Part shown: positions 45,708 through 55,169 of the stretch, in pieces
How the letters are laid out: every line of letters begins with the position of its first letter
How positions within the stretch are numbered: the first letter of the stretch is position 1
Source of the DNA: an uncultured delta proteobacterium
GTDB taxonomy: Bacteria > Desulfobacterota > Binatia > DP-6
DNA: 64,000 bases
Assembly: GCA_963815115.1 (NCBI GenBank)
Contig: CAWFFN010000005.1
Coordinates: 256,001-320,000 of the forward strand
Direction: 5' to 3'
Translations under genes and position numbers: made by a program
Notes under the pieces: generated by a model
Databases searched by the model: none
Told to the model about the DNA's origin: nothing
What the model saw: only the letters and a program-made list of their open reading frames with translations

Positions 45708-46987
45708 CCGGCCGCCCGTCCGCCGACCGGCGCTACTACGATCCGGACGTCCAGACCATGCCGCGCGAGCGGCTGCGCGTGCTGCAAGCGCAGCGTCTCG
45801 TGCGGCAGCTCGATCGTATCTGGGAGACCCCGGTCCCGTTCTTCAGGCGCAAGCTCGAGGCCGCTGGTCTGCGCAAGGACGACGTGCGCGGGCTCGACGA
45901 TCTCCGCGCCATTCCCACCACGGTGAAGGCCGAGCTGCGCCGGAGCGAGGAGGAGCACCCCCCCTTCGGTGACTACCGGGGCGCGCCGCCGAGCGCGGCC
46001 GTGCGGCTCGGCGCCTCGACGGGGACCAGCGGGCGTCCGACCCTGATCCTCTGGACGCGGAAGGACCTCGAGGTGGATCACGCCGCCTCGGCGCGCGGGC
46101 GCTGGCGCTGGGGCCTGCGGCCCGGGATGACCCTCGCCAACGCGCATCCCTTCGGCATGAACGCCGGCGGCTGGCACTTCAGCCACGGCGTCGAGGCGCT
46201 CGGCGTGCTGAACGTGCCCTCCGGGCCGCCGGTGGGCGAAGCGCACGTGCAGGACGTCCTCGCGGTGTGGCGCAGGCTCCGGCCGGACATGTACCGGCTG
46301 TTCGGCAACGTCGCGACGACGTACGCCGAGGCGGCCCGGGCCCGCGGCCTGGACCCGGCCCGCGATCTGAACCTGACCGTCGCCGGCGACCATCCGTCCG
46401 AGCAGTACCTGATGGTGAGCTCGGGCCTGGAGGCGTTGCCGCTGCTCGGCAGCGCCTGCGACGAGCGCCAGGGGGCGCACCTCGCCGAGGACCTCGCGAT
46501 CGTCGAGGTGATCGATCGTCGCGCCGGCCGCGCGCTGGGCCACGGCGCGCGCGGCAACCTGGTGGTCACGGTGCTCGAGAAGGACAACTTTCTCCTGCGC
46601 TACGATCTCGAGGACGTCGTACGATTGAACGAGGACGCGTGTCCGTGCGGCGAGACGCACCGGCGTCTCTTCTACGAGGGCCGGGTACGCGATCTCGTCC
46701 CGGTCGGCGATCACGAGGTCCTGCCGATCGACGTTGCCCTGGTCCTCTACGGATTTCCCGAGGTGTCGTCGCCGTCGGCCGAGTACCAGATCGTCCGCCC
46801 GGCGGTGCCCGCGACGCTGCTGCACGTGCGCTGCGAGCTCGGACCGGGCATCGAGGCGGCGCCGATCGCGGCTCGCATCGCGGAGCGCATGCGCGAACGG
46901 ATCGGCGTGCCGGCGCGCGTGGAGCTGGTGCCGCGCGGCGGTCTGCCCCGGTTCGCCTACAAGGCGGCCCGGGTGGTCGACGCCTGA
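45704..46987 (+). CDS. Phenylacetate--CoA ligase-like protein
   Basis: HPPFG, STGTSGRP, LLRYDLED, CPCG, GR..D, KAARVVD. Confidence 0.88.
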   Translation: MTGRPSADRRYYDPDVQTMPRERLRVLQAQRLVRQLDRIWETPVPFFRRKLEAAGLRKDDVRGLDDLRAIPTTVKAELRRSEEEHPPFGDYRGAPPSAAVRLGASTGTSGRPTLILWTRKDLEVDHAASARGRWRWGLRPGMTLANAHPFGMNAGGWHFSHGVEALGVLNVPSGPPVGEAHVQDVLAVWRRLRPDMYRLFGNVATTYAEAARARGLDPARDLNLTVAGDHPSEQYLMVSSGLEALPLLGSACDERQGAHLAEDLAIVEVIDRRAGRALGHGARGNLVVTVLEKDNFLLRYDLEDVVRLNEDACPCGETHRRLFYEGRVRDLVPVGDHEVLPIDVALVLYGFPEVSSPSAEYQIVRPAVPATLLHVRCELGPGIEAAPIAARIAERMRERIGVPARVELVPRGGLPRFAYKAARVVDA

Positions 46988-47071
46988 GCACATCGGACGG
47001 CGCTCGACCGCACTCGCCCGACACGCGTGATGCTCGCATCGGGTGCGCCCCGCAGGTAGGGTGCCGCCGGC

Positions 47072-47920
47072 ATGGCCGCGCGCAACCCAGCCGACCTGGT
47101 CCTTCGCGCCCGCTACCGCGAGCCGATCAACTTCCCCGATCTGACGGAGCGGCTCGCGCTGCGGCTGTCGTCGGTGCTCAGCTACACGGCCCGCGCCCAC
47201 TTCGGGCTCTGGCACCGGAAGGTCGGCGGCCCCGATTTCACCGATCCCGCGGGTGTCTTCACGCCGCTGGCGACGGTCGAGATCGAGGTCGAGGACGTCG
47301 CGGTCGATCCGCGCCAGCCGTTCCGGGTCAATGGCGAGACCCATCTGGCGAAGTCGCTCGACGAGCGCGGCGCGGTACGCCACCTCGTGCGTCAGGGGCG
47401 ACACACCGTGCACGACGCGGGCGGCAGGCTGGTGGCGCGCGCCCGGCTGACCAACGTCTTCACGCGCTACGATCCCGATCCGGCGCGCCGCCGGGTGACC
47501 GAGCTGCCGCGGGAGCTGGGCCTGGGGGCGGTGCCGTCGCGCCTGACCGAGCTCCTGGACGTCGAATCGCTGGTCCCGCGGGATCGCCGCCCCGACTTCG
47601 TCGAGGAGCGCGAGCGCGTGTGGCACTACGGCCAGACCGATGCCAACCGCCACGTCAACGGCATGGAGTACCTGCGCTCCATGGAGCAGTTCGTCGCCGA
47701 TGGGCTGCACCGTGCCGGCCACGACCTGCGCCGGCTGTTCTTCTCGCAGGCGCGCATCGTCTACCGCAAGCCGTGCTTCCGCGGCGAGGGCTACCGGCGC
47801 GTCGCCTGGTACAACGGGGAGGCGCCGCTGGTCGTCGGCGGAGCCTTCGTGAAGGCCGCCGATCCGGCCGGCGCGCGTCCTGCCGCCGCCGTCGAGCTGA
47901 CGCTCGGCCAGCACGACTGA
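47072..47920 (+). CDS. Acyl-ACP/CoA thioesterase-like (double hotdog) protein
   Basis: TDANRHVN..EY and IVYRKPCF.GE resemble the acyl-ACP thioesterase C-domain. Confidence 0.65.
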   Translation: MAARNPADLVLRARYREPINFPDLTERLALRLSSVLSYTARAHFGLWHRKVGGPDFTDPAGVFTPLATVEIEVEDVAVDPRQPFRVNGETHLAKSLDERGAVRHLVRQGRHTVHDAGGRLVARARLTNVFTRYDPDPARRRVTELPRELGLGAVPSRLTELLDVESLVPRDRRPDFVEERERVWHYGQTDANRHVNGMEYLRSMEQFVADGLHRAGHDLRRLFFSQARIVYRKPCFRGEGYRRVAWYNGEAPLVVGGAFVKAADPAGARPAAAVELTLGQHD

Positions 47921-47985
47921 CCCGCGCGCCGGGTCCGCCGCCGCGAAGTCGCCGTCGAACCGGGAATGCGCTACACCAGCCGGCG

Positions 47986-48558
47986 ATGATCTCGACCGGT
48001 GACTTCAAGCGCGGGCTTCGCATTCTTCTCGACGGCGATCCCTGGGTCATCCTCGACGTGCACGTGCAATCACCCTCGGCCCGCGGCGCCAGCTCGCTCA
48101 GCAAGCTCAAGGTGCGCAACCTCCGGACCGGGCAGGTCCTCGACCGGACGTTCCGCGGCGGCGACCGGATCGAGGAGCCGGATCTCGAGCTGCGGGCCGT
48201 GCAGTTCCTCTATCGCGACGACAGCGGCTTCCACTTCATGGACGCGCAGAGCTACGAGCAGTTCTCCCTCGGCGCCGACGACCTCGGTGACGTCGCGGGG
48301 TACCTGCGCGACGGCCTCGACGGCATCCGCTCCGTCGTGTTCAACGGCAAGGCGATCTCGATCGACCTGCCGAACACGGTGACGCTCCGGGTGGTCGATA
48401 CGACGCCGGCGCTCAAGGGCGCCACGGCCCAGGCGCAGACCAAGGCCGCCGAGCTGGAGACCGGCCTCGTGATCCAGGTGCCCTCGTATCTCGAGACCGA
48501 CGAGCTGATCGTCGTCGACACGCGCGAGGCGCGCTTCGTGTCGCGGGCGCGGGGCTGA
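47986..48558 (+). CDS. efpL: Elongation factor P-like protein (EfpL/YeiP type)
   Basis: EF-P fold motifs (QFLY.D...FHFMD..YEQ, ETGL.IQVP); tip loop SPSARGASS rather than PGKG. Confidence 0.85.
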   Translation: MISTGDFKRGLRILLDGDPWVILDVHVQSPSARGASSLSKLKVRNLRTGQVLDRTFRGGDRIEEPDLELRAVQFLYRDDSGFHFMDAQSYEQFSLGADDLGDVAGYLRDGLDGIRSVVFNGKAISIDLPNTVTLRVVDTTPALKGATAQAQTKAAELETGLVIQVPSYLETDELIVVDTREARFVSRARG

Positions 48559-48647
48559 GCGAGGCCGGCGGGCCGCCGGCAGTCGCGCGCCCGCGCCTTG
48601 ACCGTCTCACCGGCGATGTGGTCGGGTCGCGGCAGGAGGATCGCGCC

Positions 48648-49049
48648 ATGCCGAAGCGAGCGAGGACACGCCGGCCGCAGAGCCGGTTCGACGAGGGGAT
48701 GGCGGTGCGGCGCAGCGTCCTCGGCCCGCGCTACGTCGACGAGTCGATGCGCGCGGCCGACGACTTCACCATGCCGCTCCAGGAGCTGGTGACGGAGTAC
48801 TGCTGGGGCGCGGTCTGGACCCGCCCCGGCCTGCCGCGGAAGACGCGCAGCCTGCTCAACCTGGCCATGCTCACCGCGCTGAACCGGCCCCACGAGGTGC
48901 GCCTGCACGTCCGGGGCGCGCTGCGCAACGGATGCTCGCGCGACGAGATCATGGAGACGCTGCTGCAGGCGGCCATCTACTGCGGGGTTCCGGCGGCCAT
49001 CGACAGCTTCCGGATCGCGCGCGAGGTGCTGGCCGCGCCCGAGGCCTGA
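48648..49049 (+). CDS. Carboxymuconolactone decarboxylase family protein
   Basis: GMAVRRSVLG, WGAVWTRPGL..KTRSL, AIYCGVPAA. Confidence 0.9.
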   Translation: MPKRARTRRPQSRFDEGMAVRRSVLGPRYVDESMRAADDFTMPLQELVTEYCWGAVWTRPGLPRKTRSLLNLAMLTALNRPHEVRLHVRGALRNGCSRDEIMETLLQAAIYCGVPAAIDSFRIAREVLAAPEA

Positions 49050-49055
49050 CCGACC

Positions 49056-49952
49056 ATGCGCGTCGGGCTCGTCGGGCTGGGAAACATGGGACGGCCGATG
49101 GCAGCGCGCATGCGCGCCGCCGGCCTGCCGCTCACCGTGCACGACGCGCGGCCGGAGGTCGCGCGTGACGTCGCCGCTGCCTGCGACGCCGTCGCGGCCC
49201 CGTCGCTCGCGGCGCTGGCAACGGCGAGCGACACCGTGGTGACGATGCTGCCCGACGGCGCGACGGTCCGCCGCGCCGTCCTCGGCCCCGGCGATTGCCT
49301 GGCCGCCGGCCTCGCCCCCGGCACGATCGTCGTCGACATGGGGTCGTCGTCGCCGGCGGACACGCGGGCGCTCGGCGCGGCGCTCGCCGCGCGCGGCGTC
49401 GGGTTCCTCGATGCGCCGGTGTCCGGCGGGGTGCGCCGCGCCGCGGACGGAACGCTCACGGTCATGGTCGGCGGCGATCCCGCGCTCGCGGCGCGCTGCG
49501 CGCCGCTCTTCGACGCCGTCGGCACGCAGCGCTTCGCGTGCGGCCCGCTGGGCGCAGGCCACGCCATGAAGGCGCTCAACAACCTGGTGTCCGCGGCAGG
49601 CCTGCTGATCGCCGGCGAGGCGTTGCTGATCGGCCGCCGTTTCGGGCTCGATCCGGCGCGCATGCTCGAGGTGCTGAACGCGTCCACCGGACGGAACCAC
49701 GCCACCGAGCACAAGGTGGCGCAGTTCGTCCTGTCGCGCCGCTTCGACGCGGGGTTCTCGCTCGCGCTCATGGTGAAGGACCTCGGCACCGCCCTGGAGC
49801 TGGCCGACGACACCGGCACGCCGGCGGCGCTCGCGAGCGAGTGCCGCGCCCTGTGGACGCGCGCCGCCGGCGAGCTCGCGCCGGGCGCGGATCACACCGC
49901 GGTCGTGCGCTGGCTGGAAACCCTGGCCGGCACCACCCTCGGGGAGGATTGA
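49056..49952 (+). CDS. 3-hydroxyisobutyrate dehydrogenase-like NAD(P)-dependent oxidoreductase
   Basis: GLGNMG, DAPVSGG, GHAMKALNN, KDL. Confidence 0.92.
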   Translation: MRVGLVGLGNMGRPMAARMRAAGLPLTVHDARPEVARDVAAACDAVAAPSLAALATASDTVVTMLPDGATVRRAVLGPGDCLAAGLAPGTIVVDMGSSSPADTRALGAALAARGVGFLDAPVSGGVRRAADGTLTVMVGGDPALAARCAPLFDAVGTQRFACGPLGAGHAMKALNNLVSAAGLLIAGEALLIGRRFGLDPARMLEVLNASTGRNHATEHKVAQFVLSRRFDAGFSLALMVKDLGTALELADDTGTPAALASECRALWTRAAGELAPGADHTAVVRWLETLAGTTLGED

Positions 49953-49956
49953 GGCG

Positions 49957-50379
49957 TCACGGCCGCGCATCCTTCCGCCAGGCTCCCGGGTGCTGCGGAA
50001 GGTCGTCGGTGATGACGTCCCAGGGTGCCTTCGAGCCGACGAAGGTGTGGAACTGCGGCGCGATGCCGGGATCGTCGTCGAACGCGCCGAGCCGGATCGA
50101 CACCTGCCGTCCTTCCGGCCAGTCACCGCCGAACAGACTCGAGCCGCAGACGACGCAGAACGCCTTCACGGCACCCGCGCCGCGACCGTAGACCCGGAGC
50201 AGCTCCGCGCCGGCGAGGAGGGTGAACTGCTCGCGCCACACCCGCGCCTGGGTACACACCGCGGTCCCCGAGTGCTTCCGGCAGCGCGAGCAGTGACAGT
50301 GGTTTGCCCGGATGAAGGGCGGCGTCACCTCGAAGCGCACACCGCCGCAGAGGCAGCTTCCCCGCACGACGTTCGCCAT
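49957..50379 (-). CDS. GFA family protein
   Basis: GSCLCG, CHCSRCRK, FCVVCGS, SKAPW. Confidence 0.9.
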   Translation of the reverse strand: MANVVRGSCLCGGVRFEVTPPFIRANHCHCSRCRKHSGTAVCTQARVWREQFTLLAGAELLRVYGRGAGAVKAFCVVCGSSLFGGDWPEGRQVSIRLGAFDDDPGIAPQFHTFVGSKAPWDVITDDLPQHPGAWRKDARP

Positions 50380-50463
50380 GATGTTCCATGCCACACGACA
50401 AGCGCTCGGGCGAGGTCGCCTGACCACGTTGACAGGAGCCGTGGAGAGCCGGGATACGAGGGC

Positions 50464-51201
50464 ATGACCGGCGTCGGTCACTCCGCGCGCTGGCACGGCT
50501 GGCCGCGCATCCCCACCCCGCCCGTCCCGGGTGGCAGCGGGCCCTGGCTCGAGCTGTCGCACACGCTCCGGCCGGCGCTGTCGCGCGTGTCGTCGTTCCC
50601 GGAAGCGCGCTTCGAGCGCCTCTACGAGATGCCGCGCGATCCGATGAACGCCACGACGATGGCGATGATCTGCCACTACGGCACGCACGTGGACGCGCCC
50701 TGCCACTTCATCCCGGGTGCGCCGGCCTTTCACGAGATTCCTCTCGAACGCCTGCACGGACCCGGCGTGGTCTGGCGGGTCGAGTGCGGGCCGGGGGACA
50801 CGATCACGGCCGAGCACCTCGCCGGGTGCGAGCCCGGCATGCGAGCGGGTGACATCGTGCTGCTCGACGCCGGCTGGGCCGGCCGCTTCGGCCGTCCGGA
50901 CTACGACGACAATCCCGCCCTCGGCGTCGACGCCGCGCAGTGGCTGGTGGAGCGGGGAGCGAAGCTCCTCGGGGTGGACTTCGCCACCCCGGATCTCGCC
51001 GTCCCCCGCCGGCAGCCCGGATTCGACTGGCCGGTGCATCACGTGCTCCTCGGCCACGGCGTCCTCATCGCGGAGCATCTCCGGAACCTCAGGCCGCTGG
51101 CGGGACGCCGTATCGAGGCGATGTTCCTCGCGCTCGCCATCGAAGGCAGCGACGGCGGCCCGGCGCGGGTGATCGCTCGCACGGCCGCGCCCGGGATCTA
51201 G
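50464..51201 (+). CDS. Cyclase family (kynurenine formamidase-like) metal hydrolase
   Basis: HYGTHVDAPCHF, GVD..TPD, H..LL, DGGPARV. Confidence 0.9.
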   Translation: MTGVGHSARWHGWPRIPTPPVPGGSGPWLELSHTLRPALSRVSSFPEARFERLYEMPRDPMNATTMAMICHYGTHVDAPCHFIPGAPAFHEIPLERLHGPGVVWRVECGPGDTITAEHLAGCEPGMRAGDIVLLDAGWAGRFGRPDYDDNPALGVDAAQWLVERGAKLLGVDFATPDLAVPRRQPGFDWPVHHVLLGHGVLIAEHLRNLRPLAGRRIEAMFLALAIEGSDGGPARVIARTAAPGI

Positions 51202-51410
51202 CTGCCGGCAGCCGAGCCTCCCCGGTGTACGCGGTTTCGCCAGCGGGGCCCAGACGTCCGGGCCCCCCGGCCAGGCACGGGGAGGCGCCGTACTTGATCC
51301 CCGTTGTGCCCAGGAGCTATGGGCGGGCCGGTGGTAGCCGGCCGCTCTCGACGAGCGGCGGCGCCTGGCAGCTCCCGCGACCAGTCGTCATGTCGATCCG
51401 AGACCCGGTC

Positions 51411-51436
51411 CAATCCGTTCGGAGTCGGTAGCCGTA
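51411..51436 (+). promoter_or_regulatory. Putative SigK-like ECF promoter CAATCC-N15-CCGTA
   Basis: Located 40 nt upstream of the DUF4331 ATG. Confidence 0.5.
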
Positions 51437-51476
51437 GGCACGGTCAAACTCTCATCGGGATAGAGGAGGGGACTCC

Positions 51477-52694
51477 ATGACTCATTCGATCTGGCGCGCC
51501 GCGATGCTCGCCACCGGCATGGCGATCGGGATCGCGGCTCTTTCTGCGGTCTCCTGCGTCGCCGCGGACCACTCGGAGGCGCCCGCGGCGGACGAGAATC
51601 GTCCGGTGGACATCGCCGACGTCTTCGCCTTCCTCGACCCGGCCGACAACACGCGCCTCGTCGTTGCGGCGACGCTGGTCGGCTTCATCGTGCCCTCCGA
51701 GAACGTCAACCAGGGCGCCTTCTCCGCCGAGGCGCGCTACCGCTTCGAGCTCGAGACGACCGGCGATGCCAGCCCGGATGCGTTCATCGACGTGACCTTC
51801 GACGCCCGGACGTCGACGACGACGCCGCAGACCGCCACCGTCTCGCTCCTCGGCAAGCGGACCTTCACCGCGCCGACGACGGTCGCGTCGCTGGCAGCCG
51901 CGCCGCCGGCCTTGATCGTGACCGACGACCCGACCACCGGCGTGCGCTTCTTCGCGGGTCTGGTCGACGACCCGTTCTTCTTCGACATTCCCGGCTTCAA
52001 CCGGTTCGTGGCCTCGATCCTCCAGGGCGCGCCGGATCCGACCAAGCTGCAGCGCGGGCGTGACAGCTTCGCCGGGTACAACGACCAGGCCATCGCCGTC
52101 AGCCTGCCGCTGTCGTTCCTCGGCGCGCAGCCGAGCAAGATCGGCGTCGACTTTCTCGCCCAGCTGCCGCGTCAGCGCGTCGCTCGGATCGTCAACGGCA
52201 AGCGCAAGGATCGCAAGCAGGAGTTCGTCGGACGCGGCACCTTCGTCAACGTCGACCGGATGGGCAACCCGGCCGTCAACACGGTGCTGATCCCGTTCGC
52301 GCGCAAGGACGAGTACAACTTCGCGTCCACGCAGGCCGACGCCGACGGGCGATTCGCCGACGACATCGTCGCCACCCTCACCAAGCTCGGCACCAACGCC
52401 ACCAACATCGGCATCCTCGCGAGCGTCGCGGTGACGACCGGCGACTTCCTGCGCGTCGATCCGACGGTCGCCAACTCCGGCCCCGGCGGCGGGAACAACC
52501 CGGGCGCCGGGTTCCCGAACGGCCGTCGCCTGGGCGACGACACGATCGACACGATCCTCTTCTTCGTCGCCAACCAGACCTCGATCGGCGACGGGGTGAA
52601 CGGCAACGACGTCGCCCTCGGCAACGCCTTCCCCTACTTCGCGCCTCCCCATCAGCCGCTCGACGCCGGCATCGACGACTTCACGCGGAACTGA
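51477..52694 (+). CDS. DUF4331 family secreted protein
   Basis: Signal peptide, ADHSEAP..D.ADVFAF, FAG.VDDPFFFD, DRMGNP, GFPNGRRL.DD. Confidence 0.88.
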   Translation: MTHSIWRAAMLATGMAIGIAALSAVSCVAADHSEAPAADENRPVDIADVFAFLDPADNTRLVVAATLVGFIVPSENVNQGAFSAEARYRFELETTGDASPDAFIDVTFDARTSTTTPQTATVSLLGKRTFTAPTTVASLAAAPPALIVTDDPTTGVRFFAGLVDDPFFFDIPGFNRFVASILQGAPDPTKLQRGRDSFAGYNDQAIAVSLPLSFLGAQPSKIGVDFLAQLPRQRVARIVNGKRKDRKQEFVGRGTFVNVDRMGNPAVNTVLIPFARKDEYNFASTQADADGRFADDIVATLTKLGTNATNIGILASVAVTTGDFLRVDPTVANSGPGGGNNPGAGFPNGRRLGDDTIDTILFFVANQTSIGDGVNGNDVALGNAFPYFAPPHQPLDAGIDDFTRN

Positions 52695-52761
52695 GCTCGC
52701 GACGGACTCCCATGGCGCGCCTCCGCCCGGGCGGCGGAGGCGCAACGGGCGAGAGCGATCG

Positions 52762-54081
52762 ATGCGCGACACGACGGCCGGGGCGATGCTGCTGGTGCTC
52801 GCCGTGAGCGGATGCCGGGGGAGCTCCACTCCCTCGCGAGCGGCCACGGACGAGACCTCCGCGCGCGCTGCGGTCCGTGCCGACGTCGCGGTCGCCCAGG
52901 GAGCGATCGAGTTCCTCGAGCGTCGGGTCCGGGAGGACCCGCTCGACATCGTGGCTCTCGACAAGCTGGCGGGCCGCTACCTCCAGCGCGTCCGCGAGAC
53001 GGGCGACGTCACCTACGTGCAGCTCGCAACGCGCGCCGCCGAGATGTCCCTCGCCGCCGTCCCCGCGGAGCGGAACGTCGCGGCCCTCGCGGCGCTCACG
53101 CAGGCGGAGCACGCGGCGCATCGCTTCGCCGAGGCGCGCGACCACGCGCGGCAGCTGGTCGTGCTCGACGGACGCCAGGCGTACCCCTACCAGCTCCTGG
53201 GCGACGCGCTCCTCGAGCTGGGCGCGTACGACGAGGCGGGCGAGGCGTACCGGCAGATGCGACGTCGCAGGCCGGCGGGCGTCGCGACCGAGTCGCGCCG
53301 GGCGCGGATGGCCGTGCTGCGCGGCGCGCCGCGGCGTGCCGCGGTACATCTCGAGGCGGCGCTCGCGGCCGCGCTCGCCGCAGCCACGCGGTCGCGCGAG
53401 ACCATCGCCTGGTGCCGCTGGCAGCTCGGCGAGCTGGCCTTCATGACGGGGGACTATCCGACCGCCGAACGCTGGCAGCGCGAGGCGCTCGCCGGCTATC
53501 CGGACTATCCCCACGCGCTCGCGTCCCTCGCGCGCGTTCGCGCCGCGCGCGCCGACGTCGACGACGCCATCGCGCTCTACGAGCGCGCCGTGGCCATCCT
53601 GCCCGACCCGGCGGTCGTCGCCGCGCTGGGCGACCTCTATTCGGTGGCGGGACGTGAGCGGGAGGCGCGCGCGCAGTGGGACCTGGTCGAGGCCATCGGC
53701 CGCCTCAACGCCTGGAACGGCAATCTCTACGATCGCCAGATCGCGATGTTCCATGCCGATCACGGCACGCAGCTCGCCGAGGGTCACGCGAGCGCGCTGC
53801 GGGCGTTCGAGTTGCGGCGCGACATCTATGGTGCCGACGCCGTCGCCTGGACGGCGTACCGGGCGGGCGACATCGATGGGGCGCGGGCGGCCATGGCCGA
53901 TGCGCTGCGGCTTGGCACCCGCGACACCCGCCTCTTCTTCCATGCCGGCATGATCGCGCAGGCCGCCGGGGACGCCGAGGCCGCCCGGACCTACCTCGCT
54001 CGCGCGCTGCGGCTGAGCCCGCGCTTCGATCCCCTGCAGGCGGACGTGGCCCGCGTCGCGCTCGCCCGCACGGCGTCCTGA
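52762..54081 (+). CDS. TPR-repeat lipoprotein
   Basis: Lipobox AVSGC; LGDALLELG.Y.EA..AY repeats. Confidence 0.85.
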   Translation: MRDTTAGAMLLVLAVSGCRGSSTPSRAATDETSARAAVRADVAVAQGAIEFLERRVREDPLDIVALDKLAGRYLQRVRETGDVTYVQLATRAAEMSLAAVPAERNVAALAALTQAEHAAHRFAEARDHARQLVVLDGRQAYPYQLLGDALLELGAYDEAGEAYRQMRRRRPAGVATESRRARMAVLRGAPRRAAVHLEAALAAALAAATRSRETIAWCRWQLGELAFMTGDYPTAERWQREALAGYPDYPHALASLARVRAARADVDDAIALYERAVAILPDPAVVAALGDLYSVAGREREARAQWDLVEAIGRLNAWNGNLYDRQIAMFHADHGTQLAEGHASALRAFELRRDIYGADAVAWTAYRAGDIDGARAAMADALRLGTRDTRLFFHAGMIAQAAGDAEAARTYLARALRLSPRFDPLQADVARVALARTAS

Positions 54082-54126
54082 CGGCGACGACCAGCACGCC
54101 ATCGACCTCCTCGACGCCAACGCGCA

Positions 54127-54155
54127 TTGACGGCCCCAGCGCCCTCCCATAGACC
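54127..54155 (+). promoter_or_regulatory. Sigma70-like promoter of the stressosome operon
   Basis: TTGACG-N17-TAGACC. Confidence 0.55.
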
Positions 54156-54289
54156 CGGGAAGGGCGACGGTATGGGGTGGTAGGCCGGGCCTTCGACAGG
54201 CGCCGTGCCGGGAACAGCCGCTCACGGCGCTCCGGCTCTTCCCGGGTCGCCATCAGGGACGGCGAGACGCGCCCGAGGAGAAAGCACCG

Positions 54290-55162
54290 ATGAAAGCACG
54301 CGAAGGGACCTCGATGTCCGACATCGTCGGACGGTACGAGGACCAGCTTCTGCCCGCATGGGTCCAGCATCAGCTCGCGGCGGCGACGCTGCGCCGCGAC
54401 CTCATGAAGGACGACGAGCTGGAGACGCAGTCGCGCCGGTTCCTCGGCGCGCTGCGAAAGGTCCTGCAGAACGGCGGCGCGGACCAGGACATCACGGCGC
54501 CGGCATGGGACGAGGCTCGCGAGCTGCTGGGGGACATCGCGCAGATGCGCGCCCGCCAGGGGTTCTCGCCTTCGGAGACGGCCACGTTCGTGTTCTCGCT
54601 CAAGCGGCCGCTGTTCGAGCGCCTGAGCGCCGAGCTCGAGCGCGACCCGGCGGCGCTCGCTGAGGCGACCTGGAAGAGCAGCGTGCTGCTCGATCAGCTC
54701 GGCCTCTACACCACCGAGGTGTACCAGAAGGGTCGTGACGAGCTCATCGCCCGCCAGCAGGAGGAGATGCTGGAGCTGTCGACCCCCGTCGTCGAGCTGT
54801 GGGACGGCATCCTCGCACTTCCGATGATCGGCACGCTCGACAGCGCGCGCACGCAGATCGTCATGGAGACCCTGCTCCAGAAGATCGTCGACACCGGCGC
54901 GGCCATCGCGATCATCGACATCACCGGGGTCCCGACGGTCGATACCCTGGTCGCGCAGCATCTGCTGAAGACCGTGGCGGCAGCCCGGCTCATGGGGGCC
55001 GAGTGCATCATCAGCGGGATCAGGCCGCAGATCGCGCAGACCGTCGTGCACCTCGGCGTCGACCTCCAGGACGTGATCACGAAGGCGACGCTCGCCGACG
55101 CCTTCGCGGTGGCGCTCAAGAAGACCGGGCTCGCCGTCGGGCCTCGCGCCACCACCGGGTGA
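54290..55162 (+). CDS. rsbR: Stressosome scaffold RsbR (N-terminal sensor plus STAS)
   Basis: ELSTPVV.LW.GIL.LP.IGTLDS, IDITGVPTVDT, SGIRPQIAQT. Confidence 0.93.
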   Translation: MKAREGTSMSDIVGRYEDQLLPAWVQHQLAAATLRRDLMKDDELETQSRRFLGALRKVLQNGGADQDITAPAWDEARELLGDIAQMRARQGFSPSETATFVFSLKRPLFERLSAELERDPAALAEATWKSSVLLDQLGLYTTEVYQKGRDELIARQQEEMLELSTPVVELWDGILALPMIGTLDSARTQIVMETLLQKIVDTGAAIAIIDITGVPTVDTLVAQHLLKTVAAARLMGAECIISGIRPQIAQTVVHLGVDLQDVITKATLADAFAVALKKTGLAVGPRATTG

Positions 55163-55169
55163 CGGTCGG

